Shown: positions 12,284 to 25,974, numbered from the stretch's first letter. The stretch is 64,000 bases of DNA from Utricularia gibba (GCA_002189035.1 CM007992.1:3472001-3536000); one strand, 5' to 3'. Made by a program: numbers and translations. Notes: generated by a model from the letters alone, not told the origin.

Positions 12284-14634
12284 CGACGATGCGTCGTCTT
12301 GTTGTTTCCTTGCGGATGAGTGCGTTGACTTCTGGTAAGAGCGGCGCAATACAAGACATTAGTAGGGTTCCATTGAAGCCTATCTAAAAGGAAAAGGACA
12401 GAAATTAGATCCACTTTAGAATATGGAGTCTATACAACAAACAAATGGACAACTAAGTTCCTGGTCTCACAAGTAAGTTGACTCGAACCTAGAGGCAAAA
12501 ATGGACAAGGGTTTTTTTGTGTCATTCATGACGCTTCACCAAAAACTATATAGCAACTGATTGATAGTTTGTTTTTTATTATTTCAACATTCATACACTA
12601 ATAATAATATATGTTTGATAGATTAGTTTAACAGTATAAGAATGTTTTACAAAATAATTATAAAGCATTCGATTGTGGGAAAAATCACATTAGTGGATTG
12701 TGGCGATTTCAGGTAAGCCAAATCAATATTTTCGGGTCCGATTCCGTTGTTTGTGGGTGTGGGTTAACATCGCGTATGAAGCATAAACGAGGTACGTTGA
12801 GATTTTTTTATATGAAAACCATCGATGAGTGGAAAAACCATTAAACTGAGATAAGTGAAATCAATCAAGAAATAGATTTTACAAAAGAGAGTGATAGAAG
12901 GATTATAAATGATATATCAATAATCCAATTTCTTTTCTTTCAAACAATCTTGTATTTATGGGAGAGGTTGCCTCGATCAAACCCTGCAAATGTCAGTTAT
13001 TTTCTGTGTCTGACGATTGTGCATATAATCTTATTTACGTATAATTGTCGGCTGTTCAAAAATTCCTACAATTGGACTAATTTTCAAGTTCTATTTATAT
13101 GATCCTCACCATCTAGTTTTGATCCCTGTCGTCCTGCCCCACGTGTTGCAGACTATCAATACCCGTTCTCCTTTTTACCATCTGATACCGTCTAATAAGG
13201 ACCAATTTTAATATCCCACTGTTCGCCAGTCAGTAGGTATCTCCTATGACCATCTCCACATGACACTTACCAATTTCATGTCACCATCACATTATGAGTT
13301 GAGTATTTATTATAATTGAATTATATTAAAAAAATAATTTCTACATTATTTATTTTAAATACATCTATCAAATATAATGTTATTTTAAATGTATACATGC
13401 AAAATCTATATGACAAATAAATTTTAATATTAATCATATGACACTTGATTATTTAAATATAAATAATTTGAATGTATTATTAATTCAACTATCCTATTAA
13501 ACACGTCAATTAACAAATGTAAGCACAATTATGGGCAGGAGATTAGGAGCAAGAACTGTCTTGAAATGAAAAGTAAAGTCATCTATTCATCAATGACTAA
13601 TTTATTGAAAGAATATTACCAAAGTATACCTTATTTCATCAATCCTATTCAAACTCAAGTCAATTCATCCTTATCCATCCAATTCTTTCGTATTTCACCT
13701 CCATCATTGTTACTCCATTGACTTGGTGTCAGCTCTATAATCTTAACAAAATCAGCTCTTGGCTTAAAGTTAGTTATTTGCAAAAGTGGCTACTTTATCA
13801 ATCTCTCTTACATACTTAGATAATGTTGAGTCTATGTTTTCAATTTGCTACAACATGGGCTATTATAATTTAGTCCAATGATAAAATGTGATGTCTCTTT
13901 TACAAAACATAATATTGGTAGAAAGACAAGATATTTCCTTCAAGGATTTTAAAATTACGTTTTTTTTTTTCATAGAGTTATTGTGACTACTGTATATTAT
14001 AATTTCATCGATTTCTTCTTTACATTAGTAGATAGCTTACTCATTCATAGTTTTCTCTCATCTTAAGTTTCCACATAAAATAGATATGTCTCCCTTTATT
14101 ATTATTATTATTATTTTCAATTAAACTTTCAAATATACTATCATATAAAGTTTCGACCTTATCAACATATATGATCACAAACCATCCTTATAATGTGGTA
14201 TTGTGTAGACGATCCTTATGAAATAGTATCACACGAACGATCCTTATAGGTAAAAAAAAATATTAATTGAGAGATCATTTTTTTACACATTTAATTAAAA
14301 ATGACCAGATTTATAATACATTCATTTGAAAGTTCAATTGGAGACGATTCGTGTGTTCTGTCGAAGACTTTGTTAACTGTTTGGTAAGAGCAGATACATT
14401 GACATTGTCATGGTGCAGTCCCCGGATGTGGCCGACACCATACAGCAAAAGAAAAAGAATCACGACTCTGCTGAAAGAGAATCAAATCACTAGACATACA
14501 TGGCGGGCAAAGCCTTACAAGAGAACATTCCCTGTATAGTATGATCACAATGGAGTTGGGAGTGAAGAGAGCGCGAGAGATGGAGCTTGCTGCTTTCTTA
14601 GATTCACAGTTCAAAAAAGTATCAGCTTCATGGT

Positions 14635-16721
14635 TCATGGATACCCGTTCTTTCTCTCCCTCCAGTTCACTCCCCACACCCTGGCCTCAGCAACCGCACG
14701 TTCCCGATCAAGATCCCGATTCATGGGAGCTTCTCTTCCTCTGTTTGCATTCACTGGGCTGCTCTGTTGATAACTGGGACGACCCACCTCATCCAACCAG
14801 CTTCTCCTGCCGGATCCGCCGCCGAATTCGACGTTTTGCAACTCGGCATGAGGAGGGAGAGGGTCTCTCTTTCTGGAATCGGTTGACGCCCTGTGTGTCA
14901 TAGGTGAGCCATCGAATGCAGCACGTCCCATGTCCTCCAGACCAGTTACACGATCAGATGCATTCCTACGGTGTCTTGGAGTGGAAACAGTGCTGCTGTT
15001 GGTAGAATTCGCATGAGGATCATATTTCTGTGATGCCAAATAGTTTAGAGCTGTCACAACGTCACCCATGAGAGGCCTTGTAGCAGCTTGCTCTTGCAAG
15101 CACATTGCAGCCACTGCCAGCGCCTGATACAGACCTCGCATGGGGTAATTCCCTTGAAGCAATGGGTCAGCCATCTTTGGAAACTTCCGGCGATCCTTGA
15201 ACAAAGGTCTTGCCTGCAACAACATCATGCTGTCAGTGTGCTGTGCAGAAACAAGAATCAATTGAGATCACAGCAAATAGGCAAGAAGAAGTATTCTGTG
15301 AACTCTTACCCATGCAACAAGGTTCTGTTCTTCCCCTGGACCTTTGGTATTGTCAATGGCCTTGCGGCCTGTGATGATCTCAAGTAACACAACTCCAAAA
15401 CTATACACATCAGATTTTAAGGTAAGTTGGCCGGTCATGGCGTACTCCGGTGCACAGTATCCATATGTCCCCATAACTCGTGTGGAGACATGAGTTTTAT
15501 CGCCTACCGGACCCAATTTTGCTAGCCCGAAATCAGATAACTTGGGAAAAAATCCATTATCAAGAAGAATATTTGATGATTTCAAGTCCCTGTATATAAC
15601 TGGTGGATTAGCCTTGTCATGGAGGTATTCAAGACCATTTGCTGCACCAGCAGCAATTTTCATCCTCGTAGTCCAGTCCAGAGGCTCCTTATTTGGAGGA
15701 AGATCTGCATCGAAATCAAAAAGTATAAATTCAATTCTGCGAGAAACCAGAAGGAGAATATTATGTTGATCACTGACCATGCAAATGATCTTCTAACGAT
15801 CCCAATGGCATATATTCATAAACAAGAAGACGCTGTTCTCCATCAGCACAATATCCTATCAAGTTGACAAGATTTGGATGGTGTAGAAGGCTGAGCATTA
15901 GAACCTCCACAAGGAACTCCCGGTTCCCTTGATGGCCATTGCGATCAAGTTTCTTGACGGCAACCACCTGCCCCCATTTATGATAATCAGGGAGATGAAG
16001 ATCAAAAACAGTTCAGCTAATCATTAGAATCCTCAATCTAGAAGAATACAAGAAGGCAGTGCAAAAATCAACATGGAACAGATTCCCACCTGTCCTGAGC
16101 CTTCGAGACGACCTTTATATACACATCCAAAACCACCTTCACCAAGCAAGCATGCTGGCTTAAAGTTCTGTGTAGCTGCAGCGAGCTCACGAAGTGTGAA
16201 TACTTGTGCAGATATATTTGCTTCTCTTGGGATTACTTCCTTCTTAGACTCATTAACACTCTGAATTCTTGCTTTTTCTGGGAAACAATAGGGCAAGCAA
16301 AGTTTTCAGAACAGCAAATCCTGTCTGTGACTCACATACATAAAAGAGACGTACTGTCTTAGAATAGCAAGCGAACTGGGTCACATCACCCAAAATATTC
16401 TTTCGTGCTTTAGATGTTTTCAGTTTTTTGCAAATTTATCGACAAGAAGATTCTCATCTCATAACCATCCAAATCAATAACTCCGAAGAGCAGCCGAAAG
16501 CAAATGCATTGCAAAGAGAAAAACCACTCAATGACTAGAAATCAGAAATCAAATACGAATCAACAAACCCTAAATCACCTGAACCCCCTCAAATGAAACG
16601 GCTATCGGTTACCTTTTCCTAATGAGGTTTTTTTAAATGGCTCCTTGGGCATTTCTTTGGTTTCATTTTTGCGATTACCAGCCTCCTCCTCCGACGATCC
16701 AAAGCAGGAAAAGCACCCCAT
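14635..16721 (-). CDS. PBL27: Receptor-like cytoplasmic kinase, RLCK-VII, PBL27/PBS1 clade, 5 exons
   Basis: Exons 16721-16613, 16277-16090, 15967-15778, 15704-15310, 15213-14635. MGCFSCFG acylation N-terminus, [40 protein letters not shown], and C-terminal [12 protein letters not shown]. It lacks the SEMPH motif of PBS1. Confidence 0.88.
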
Positions 16722-18570
16722 ACCAATTCTTGCGAAAGAAAGAAAGCTTCCCAAAATTCCCCCCTCTCCGAATCAACGATTCATGTAACCAGTACCAGAG
16801 TAGCCCACCTCATAAAAATTCAATCTTTGATTGCTCTCGATACAGACTTGGGAGCCATAAGCAGCCCATCGACAAGACTAGCGATCAGTGAAGCCATAGA
16901 CAACGCGGATCAATAAATTCGAAGAGAATACCGTTTGCCGGAGAGAAAGAAAAGAAAGTAAAAGTTGAAAATCCTTGGAACAAATTCTGATGCAGATTTG
17001 TATGCGTGTGGGCAATGAAGAAACGGGACGGTAGAAAAAGTCAAAAAAGGGAAGATTGCCACTCCGTAAAGTAAAAAAATTCTGTAAAAATCTCATTTTT
17101 TAATATTTTTATTATAATAAAATTTTAAATCATATAATTGAATTGTATTTAAATGTTACATTTTAAAATAACTCGAATTTAATTCAAAAAACGACTTTAT
17201 AAAAATTGAATTCCCAATATTTTTAACTTTTACGAGTGGCGGCTGGTGGAAATATGATTCACCTTTTGGGCCCACATCGGATATTCCGTACACTCAAGGA
17301 GCTGAGATAATGGGCTTTTCTTACACGGCCTGTCTGTTCACAGACCAGACGGCCCAATCTTCCTTGTTATGTAGTCTCCTTTGACCTTGATGCAGTAATG
17401 TTTCGACATTAAGACGAACTCAATCTCTAGGTGTACGACAATCTAGAGACACTACGTCCACAAGGACACACGCACAATTAAGTATACGTGTGACGAGTAA
17501 TTGTAGGGGAGACTTCATTTGCAAATTATTCTTCTGACGTATATGTCTTGTGGCAATTGCTCGAGTTTGATACGTAAGTTTTTGAATTTTACGTTGAAAT
17601 TAAAAACTCAATGAATTAGATGAATAAGTATGTGAAGCTCAATTATATGAAAAATATAGAATATATTTTAAAAAATTAAGTTCAATTAATTATTAGGGAT
17701 CACATTTTTTTTAAGTATTTGAGCAGATCACTTTAATTTTATGATGTGAAATTGTTTACTTTAATGCATGACCTTAAGTCGAATTGTCCTTGGTTGTGGC
17801 TAAAATTTGATTGTAGTTAATGTTTAAGTTATAAGTTAATTTAATTTTTTTCATCTAAATTTAAAATATTTTTTGTTTTTTTTAAATCGAAATTTAAATC
17901 AACATAAAATATATATTGATTATCCAAGTTAGTACTATATCACAAATAATTTTATATTATATTGAAATTAAAGATTCCATAAATTAGATAAATATATATA
18001 TATAATTCAAATACAGATGATATTTGAAAAAAGTATATAATCATTAGTAATTCATATTTGACTATATCCTCCATGTTGATTCCTTATTCTAATACCCTTC
18101 GTGTTCATACCATCTGATGAACACGATAAAGATGCAATAGAATCTAGTCTTAGAGCTCCCTGATTGGACCACAGACACGTGTGATTCCCTCCATTTCGTG
18201 AATCTGATAATATGCAGCAGAGAAGCTCAGCATCCACCGTCTCGGAATCTGACCTTTTCGTTCCACATTCCAACAGGAAAACGATCTCAGTTCTCCAGCA
18301 CGGCGTTGAATATATTCAAGAAACAGGAAAGAAGAAGTTCTTGCCTTTATGGATTCGCTACAGTTGCTGAAACAGATGGACTTTGCTTTCTCATCCAATA
18401 GCAGAAGAAGAAGAAGAAGAAAACCAGAAGAGTACACCATCGTTTCAAAAATCTTCGCTTTCGCATTGTAAACACAGTTTGATTCTCGAATCATCTCATT
18501 GCTTCCAAGTGATGAAATTGGACAGAATCTACATCCCAGCCAACGCCCACCTCTCTGTCTGCTATCCCTC

Positions 18571-18578
18571 TATATAAA
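18571..18578 (+). promoter_or_regulatory. TATA box (TATATAAA) of the glutaredoxin
   Basis: TATATAAA, followed by a pyrimidine-rich leader, ends about 65 bp upstream of the ATG at 18644. Confidence 0.65.
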
Positions 18579-18643
18579 CCCCTTCAGCCACCCTCCCTTC
18601 TCCCCACACTCTCCATCTCTCCTGCAAGTTCCAGGCAAGGGCA

Positions 18644-18951
18644 ATGGATATAGTGAGCAAGATGGTTGCAGAGAAGCCGGTCGTGATCATCAGCAAGCGC
18701 TCGTGTTGCATGAGCCTCAGTATCAGCTCCCTGCTCTCCGGGTTCGGGTGAAGGTGACGGTCTACGAGATCGACGAGATGGGCAGAGGCCGGGAAGTCGA
18801 GCAAGCTTTGGCGCGGCTGGGGTGCGACCCCGTCGTGCCGGCGGTTTTCATCGGCGGCAGGTTTGTCGGCGGGGCAAGCGAGGTGATGAGTCTTCACATC
18901 AATAGATCCCTCAAACCCATGCTCAAAAGCGCGGGTGCTCTTTGGGTGTAA
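18644..18951 (+). pseudogene. CC-type (ROXY) glutaredoxin, frameshifted as assembled (probably an intact gene)
   Basis: The ATG at 18644 gives [35 protein letters not shown], then TGA at 18749. The shifted frame continues [47 protein letters not shown]. One extra G in GGG (18746-48) gives a complete protein of about 102 aa with CCMS and ALWV motifs. Confidence 0.9.
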
Positions 18952-20666
18952 CAATGCATCATTTTGAAAATTTTTTTATATACACAATAATTGTTTTTCT
19001 TCGATATTCGGCTACTTTTCTAATACTTTCTAACTATTCTCTGATTTCCTTTGTAACGCATTTGCAATTAATCATTTCTTGAAAATTGCTATTAAAATTG
19101 TAATTTTATATTATTAAAAAATTAGTAAAAATGTATATGACAACATTATTAATCAAAATATTTTGTTACCTTTATACAGGAAAAGTAAAGATATGTTTTT
19201 ATTGATATTTTATCCTTATATTCGTCAATATTGTTGAAAAAAGGTTTTTAAAAGGAAAAAAATGCTCTTTGAAGGATTCAAAGTTGCAGCGTGATGCCTT
19301 TGAATGGGACTTTGTTGTTGGAATCACAAACTATCCTTCTTTTGTTTTGTCTTAAACCAATATTTGTAAAACTTGAGTGAATTTGAGTTCGATTTCATAA
19401 TTAATTTAAGTAATTATTTTTATTTTTTCATAATATTTTTATATGAATTGAATTGGATTCGATTATTTCAAAAAATCAGTCAAATCAGATTTTGAAATAG
19501 TGATGTAGACCAAAGATCCCTATTCAAAATGATAGGGACATTTTAGATATTTTGATATATCATTAGATTGATTTTTCATAATTAGTATCATTTGAAAATA
19601 CATAAACAATATTTTAGACATGTGAGGATTTCACATTTTTTTATAAATTGAAATATATATTTTTATTTTTAAATGATTTTTATAATAAAGAAATATCATA
19701 AAATTCTCATAATCCTCCAAATGACAAGCATAATGCCATGTCATTTTACGATAGGATGCATTTGAAAAAAGGGGTTTGTTTATTCATTCAAATCCCTTCA
19801 TTGGTATGTTTATTCCTTCTAATCGATGTGCTGACCGATCAAGAGAGCATTTTAGAATTATAAGTATTACATAATATTAGTATACATATCAAAATATTAA
19901 AATAATATTTATAAAATATTTGAATTAATATTTAATTTTCTGAAATTTTAAAATATGTAAATCATTCTCACTGTTCATTTAACATTTTTATTCTCTACTT
20001 TCTTTTTATTAAAATCACTAATTTTGAAAAAATGCAAAAAAAAAAAAAAAACCAATTTTAAAAACAAAAATAATATATTTTGATATCTTTAATAACTTTC
20101 ATGAATTTAGAGATGATCATTAGATTCAATGCGTTATTAGTTTAATCTATCAAATCAATATAAAAAATTGTGATTCAACAAATACGAATTAATGTATCAA
20201 CAGATCGACATATTAGACATATCCTGTATCATGAATTGATCCGGATCATTATACAATTTATATATATTAATACGAATAAAGTTTAAATCATAAATTATGA
20301 GTCATTGATTAGACTATCTAATTCATTTGATAAAAAACATATTTTTTATTTGTTGGGTTATATTTCAAGTTCAATCTATCTAATTCATCGGGATTACTCA
20401 TATCCATGTACTATGAATCCATTTTGCACCTGTTTTTTATGATTGCAGATAACAAGTCCGACTCATAATGGGTCAACTAGATCAATTCAATGGATATCCG
20501 AGTTAACTCGTATCAGTATCCAACTCTACATGAATCCTAATCTTGTCAATATAACATAAAACACCATTATCATCCTTATTTCCCCAAAATGAAGCTAACA
20601 AGAGAAATGGAAACTAGCACATGTAAGAAGCTTACGTTCCACTTAAATACCTTGACCCACGAACCT

Positions 20667-21356
20667 TCAATCTAACACACGTCGATCAAGCATCTCAATA
20701 TGAGTAAACTTCCTTGGAAACCTTGGAGGCAGCCTGAGAACCATAGCATCCTCCATCTTGATCGGTAGATGTGTTGCAGCAATCACAATCCCCCCATTCT
20801 CCCTGTGCTCCTTGATCATGTGCTCCAGGAGCTTCACCCCCTCATCGTCAAGTGCCACTGAGGGCTCATCCATCAGCCAAATTGGCCGGTCTATGGCCAG
20901 CACCCGTGCGAGCTGCAGTCTCTTCCGCTGGCCCATAGAGAGCAGCCTCGCCTTCTCATTCACTAGTCTCCCAAGTCCCATGAACTCAAGAGCTGGGAGT
21001 GACTTCCCATGCTTACCCTCAAGGACCTCGAACCACTCTACATTGTCAATAACGCTGTATCTGTCCTTGATGGCATCTTTCAGAGACATCCAATTGAGTT
21101 GCAGCTTGTACTGATGGTAGATACCGGATGAGGTAATGTCATGGCCATTCCAGAGTATTTCTCCTGCCGATGGCCTGCTGAAGCCAGCCATCATGCGGAG
21201 GAATGTGGTTTTTCCTGAACCGTTTGTGCCAAGCAGTTGAAGAGCACCTCCATCGTGGAGTGTAACATTAACATTGCGAATGATCTGCTGAGCATTTCGC
21301 ATGCATGACACATTGTTCAGTAGAAGGCGAGGAGTGGGAGGTTTTCTCAGAGACAT
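20667..21356 (-). CDS. CCMA: Mitochondrial cytochrome c maturation ABC ATPase CcmA (ABCI1/NAP10)
   Basis: Single coding exon. MSLRKPPTPRLLLNNVSCMRNAQQ, Walker A GTNGSGKTT, signature LSMGQRKR, Walker B WLMDEPSVALD, and ATHLP. The ATG is at 21356 (the track's 21359 start is TTG). There is a probable 5'UTR intron donor near 21930. Confidence 0.95.
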   Translation of the reverse strand: MSLRKPPTPRLLLNNVSCMRNAQQIIRNVNVTLHDGGALQLLGTNGSGKTTFLRMMAGFSRPSAGEILWNGHDITSSGIYHQYKLQLNWMSLKDAIKDRYSVIDNVEWFEVLEGKHGKSLPALEFMGLGRLVNEKARLLSMGQRKRLQLARVLAIDRPIWLMDEPSVALDDEGVKLLEHMIKEHRENGGIVIAATHLPIKMEDAMVLRLPPRFPRKFTHIEMLDRRVLD

Positions 21357-22318
21357 CAAGAATATGAACCTCGTGTAGATGGTAAAACAAATGATTCAGA
21401 AACTTAGCACCATCAAAGATGAATGAACCTGCAGTTGAACAAAGCAAGGAAATCCAAATGAATTGTATCCATAAAGCAAAATGAATCGCAGAAAGCTTGG
21501 CATCCCAATTGAGAATTAGTAAGAACTGCTCTAATGAGGCGATGATGACCAGTAGCCACAAGCTTTGCATACTTTTCAAGATATCCGGAAAACGATGATG
21601 CCATTTGCCAACAATGTTTTTTGCATAACTGTATCTATCATGTAAAAGCATCAAGCAAACTCAAAATAGGTTATCGGCAGCCTTAAACTATGTTTCCTCA
21701 CATTCCAGATTGATACAAACGCAAAGTAGGTTGAAAACCCTTTTCACAAATTCTCAATTATTGTTTTGTTTTCAAGGACAGCCAGTAGATAATAGCTCAA
21801 GAACTTTAATTCAGAAAATCAGGAAAAACACACCTCGTTTCTGAAGCAATATTTTATTACGGAATTTAATCGAACACCTGGTGAGCGATCAAAAATACAA
21901 ATTTCAACACTCACAACCATTAGAACTTACCTGCACGATGGTGGACGGCCTTCTCCGGAAATACACAGCATGATCGCCAGTCGACGCTGTCCTTGGACTC
22001 GGAGATGCCAATCACAAGAATGATTGCAAAGGGTTTTTGATTGTACAAATTAGGGACCGAATTGCTGTGGCACTAGAAAATACGACTCGACCCTACCTGT
22101 GTTCTTCGCTCACACCCTGTTGAAAACAATCCGATTTGCTTTCCCGCTCTCAACTTCCGGTGAGCAGCAATGCCGTACTACAACATCAGAAGCATCCGAC
22201 AAACATAAGGCGTGAAACAGCTACGGATTATTATTTTTTTTATATCAATGAAGGTTAGAATATCATATCAAGATTTAATCGGGTATTCAGGAAATCTGAC
22301 AGGGTGTACTTCTGGAGG

Positions 22319-24473
22319 ATGTTATCTTCTCCTACAATGATGCTCCGCCGCTTCCGCTGTCTCAGCGTCGCCGCTGTGCCGCCGTCCAGATCCGTCAATT
22401 CTCAGAAGAAACGTCTTGTTTTATTGGGTTCCCCTCAGGAACTTCTCTCTCTGTTTCGCGTTTATTAGAATGTGTGGTAACCCAGCCATCCCTGACTATG
22501 ATTCAACTTCAGGTTTCCGCTTCTGTTCTGGATACCCTTCTCAAGGCATCTGCTCTTCCAGATTCCTTCTTTGAGGTGTGGGACTTGAATTTTCTTTAGC
22601 ATTTTGTTCCATTTTTTGGGGTTAAGTTAATCTTTGTTACTGTCACTGCGCCGCAAAGTCCAAGGTTTTGGTTTTAATAGGATTGTATATAAAAGACTAA
22701 AGCTTCCGTTGATGTATGGAAGTCACACAAAAAGATAACAAAATATGACCGATACATCAGTGTTCATGTACACTATTATGAATCTGTAGAATGGAAGCAA
22801 CCTTGACTGCCTTAGACCTGATCCAGATTGCAGCGGTTGTTACCCAACCACCAGCTGCAAAAGATAGAGGTAGAAAGCTGACGCCTTCTCCAGCTGCACA
22901 GCTTGCTCTAGACAGAGGATTCCCATCTGAGTTGATCTTCACACCACAAAAGGCTGGTGAGGTAAAGCCCAAGTCTTCATCTAGATTTTTTTGTAGTTTT
23001 CAAGTCTTCCTGTGGACTTTGTTGGGAGTTTCCTGTCGATATTCTGAAACGCGGTTGCTGGTTGGATTCTGCAGGAAACCTTTCTTTCCCACTTAACTCT
23101 TCTGGAACCTGAGCTTTGCGTCACTGCTGCTTATGGGAATATCTTGCCAACCAAGTTCCTCAAAATCCCAACCATGGGTTAGTGTACTGTGATGGCTCTT
23201 TGCAATGCACTCAAGTGTCAAAAAAACATCTTTTCCAGCAATGGCTCATGATTTTGTGTTCATCTTGAACTCTACCCTTTGACCCTGAGCCTGTATGTTT
23301 GGTTTTGGTGCTATCCTTTAGGGACAGTCAACATACACCCCAGTTTGCTTCCTCTTTACCGAGGTGCAGCCCCTGTTCAGAGAGCTCTGCAGGTGGATAC
23401 CTCCATAACCACCTTACTCCTGATGTGCTTGCTATTTGCAGATCCTCATGTATTTATTTAGGACTATTTTTCAACAGGATGGTGTGAGAGAAACTGGAGT
23501 TTCATTGGCATACACGGTTCGCAAACTTGATGCTGGCCCTGTCATTTCCTCTCAGAAAATGGAAATTGATGATCACATAAAGGTTCACATTGCACTTGCA
23601 TAACCTGTAGACATGTGCACCCCACATTTAGTGTGTGTTTGTAACCTATATGTTTCTGAAACCTGAATGCAGGCACCAGAGTTACTCGCATTGCTTTTTG
23701 CCAAAGGTTTGTCATCTTCTTTCATGAAGGATGAGCCAGGAGAGCATGGGCATCAGTTATCAGCAGCTGGTGCTCTTTTAGTTTCTGACCATTTGTTAAT
23801 TCAGGGTGTGAGCTTCTGATTCGTGAGCTGCCATCAATATTAGATGGTTCAGCAAAAATGAAAGCAGTACTACAAGATGAATCTAAAGCCACATCGGCTC
23901 CAAAGGTAAGAAAGAAACCATGTTCTTCGCCTCAGGTGAAGTATGAAGCCTAACTCTGTCTGCAATTCTTCATGCAGTTAAGCCCAGAAGAATCATGGTT
24001 ATCCTTCGATCAAGAAGCTGCAACCCTTCACAATAAGGTACTCTTCTCTATTCCAATACCAGCCACCATCATTCCATTTCTCCATTCGGGTTTGTTTACA
24101 CAGAAACCTCGTAGGTTCGTGCATTCGCAGGTTGGCCGGGAACACGGGCGAAGTTATCAGTAATCGACAACGTTTCAAGTAAACAAAGCGAAGTGGATTT
24201 AAAGATCATAACCACCAGAGTGTCCAGGAGCAGAAACAGTACAGGAACCAATGAAATTTTCTTTTCCGAAGGCGCTTTGGTGTTCCCTTGTGCTCATGGA
24301 ACTGTTTTGGAGGTGACAGACACTGTGTATGAAAATTGGCCTTTGAGCTGATTCCCATTGAAAATGCTATGTGTATGCAGGTGTTGGAGGTTCAGTTGCC
24401 GGGGAAGAAGATAGTGAGTGCTACTGCATTTTGGAATGGTCTGAGAGGCCAAAGAGTCACAACGTTACACTAA
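22319..24473 (+). CDS. FMT: Organellar methionyl-tRNA formyltransferase, 11 exons
   Basis: Not in the ORF track as a whole; spliced manually. MLSSPTMMLRRFRC..LVLLGSPQ|VSASVL..|IAAVVTQPP..|..VTAAYGNILP..|GTVNIHPSLLPLYRGAAPVQRALQ|DGVRETGVS..KLDAGPV..|VRAFAGWPGTRA..|VLEVQLPGKK..FWNGLRGQ. Intron 1 needs a GA donor (see findings). Confidence 0.92.
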
Positions 24474-25974
24474 CTGAATCCTGATGATTTCATTTCTTTT
24501 TTCCTCTTCCCTGAAATGATGCCTTAGCTGTTGTCTCTTGGAATTGCAAGATGTTGCTGACAGCCCTCACAGGTGCTTTGCTTGGCCCTATAATTTTATT
24601 TCATTGCAGTGCATCTGTTAACATGTGCAGAAGCATCTCACAGGCTCCAAAATAGAAAAACTAGAATTGTAATTGGTACGAATCGGAATCATGGTTCGAA
24701 CTAAAACCGTGGTTATGTTTGAAGATTCTTACTTTTCATATGATTCTGATTTCGGGTTGATTCGTTATTTTAGGAATCAAGAAATCATGGTTCCAATTGG
24801 TTTTAGAACCGATGAAATCATTGGTTTTTGGCATGCACAACATGTGGATGTCGGAAAAATTGTAAAAAAATGTTATTTTTTCTAGCACAATATGTGGATG
24901 TTTGAAAAAAAGTTGACATTTTTAAAAATGTTTATAGACAATCATAAAAATTGTTATGAATGTTTGAAATGTTTTTTTAAAAAAACATTATACTTATTAG
25001 GGTGTAGGCATCTACAATGTATCATTTGAGTGCATGTAAAAACATTATACTTATCTTTAGGAGTGTTTTCATACATTCATAAGAGATATTATGGGTGTCT
25101 GAAAATAATAATATTATTTTAAAATTAATTTTAAATAATTAAAACTATTGGTAGAAATGAAATCATAGTATTTGGTTTCAGGTTTATGATTCTAGTTTCG
25201 AACCAAAATCATGTAATTCAGTTCCAATTGTAATTCTATTAAAGATTTATAATTCTTATTTTAAATTGAAACCGGAATCGAATTTGACATTGAATTGCAG
25301 TTTATTGGTTTATAAACCATTAGTTCAATGAAATTGATCAATTTCAGAACCTATCACAACAAGTTTTTGTTTGATATGAAAATATAAGGTTGGGTTATAA
25401 TAAATTTAATAAAATTATATTTTTTTATACGTAAATATAATTATACTAATTATATAGGTATAATTATCATTTAGTATAATTATATCTACATATTATTCTT
25501 ATATATGAATATATATCCAATAGGGATATAAGTATTTTTATATCTATATATTTGAGTTTATCTAAATGCAAATAATTTAAAGTCATCTAAATCTGAATAA
25601 ACCAACTAAATACAACCTAAAGAACACCACGTACATTTTCAATTTCAGAATAGGTGCATATCATGCTCATACATCACTAGTAGGCCCATGTGTTTAAATA
25701 GTATTGGGCCTGGGCCTATGAGAGATGATAAAATCTGAAGAAATTGGAAAAAGGAAGTACGGAAACAGCATAAGGCGGCGAAGGCGGGTAGGGTGGAGAC
25801 GACGACTTTCTATATATATCTCCTGAAACGGCAAGCGTGGGTGTGGAGTTTTTGCGATTCTGATCTCTCTCCCTAATTTCTGGATTTTGATAGTTATAGG
25901 TATCTAACTCCGCGATTTTGACGAAGGGTCTCATATTCTTTTTGTAAGGTATTTGTTTCTAGTGTTTCTTGTGA

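Noticed and set aside
18150-18170. TAGAGCTCCCT, an 11-nt match to the miR159/319 reverse complement
   Set aside because: The match stops after 11 nt and I saw no partner hairpin arm.
24670-25220. Imperfect inverted GGTTCGAAC/GTTTCGAACC motifs around an AT-rich core (MITE-like)
   Set aside because: Too degenerate; no definable terminal inverted repeats or target-site duplication.
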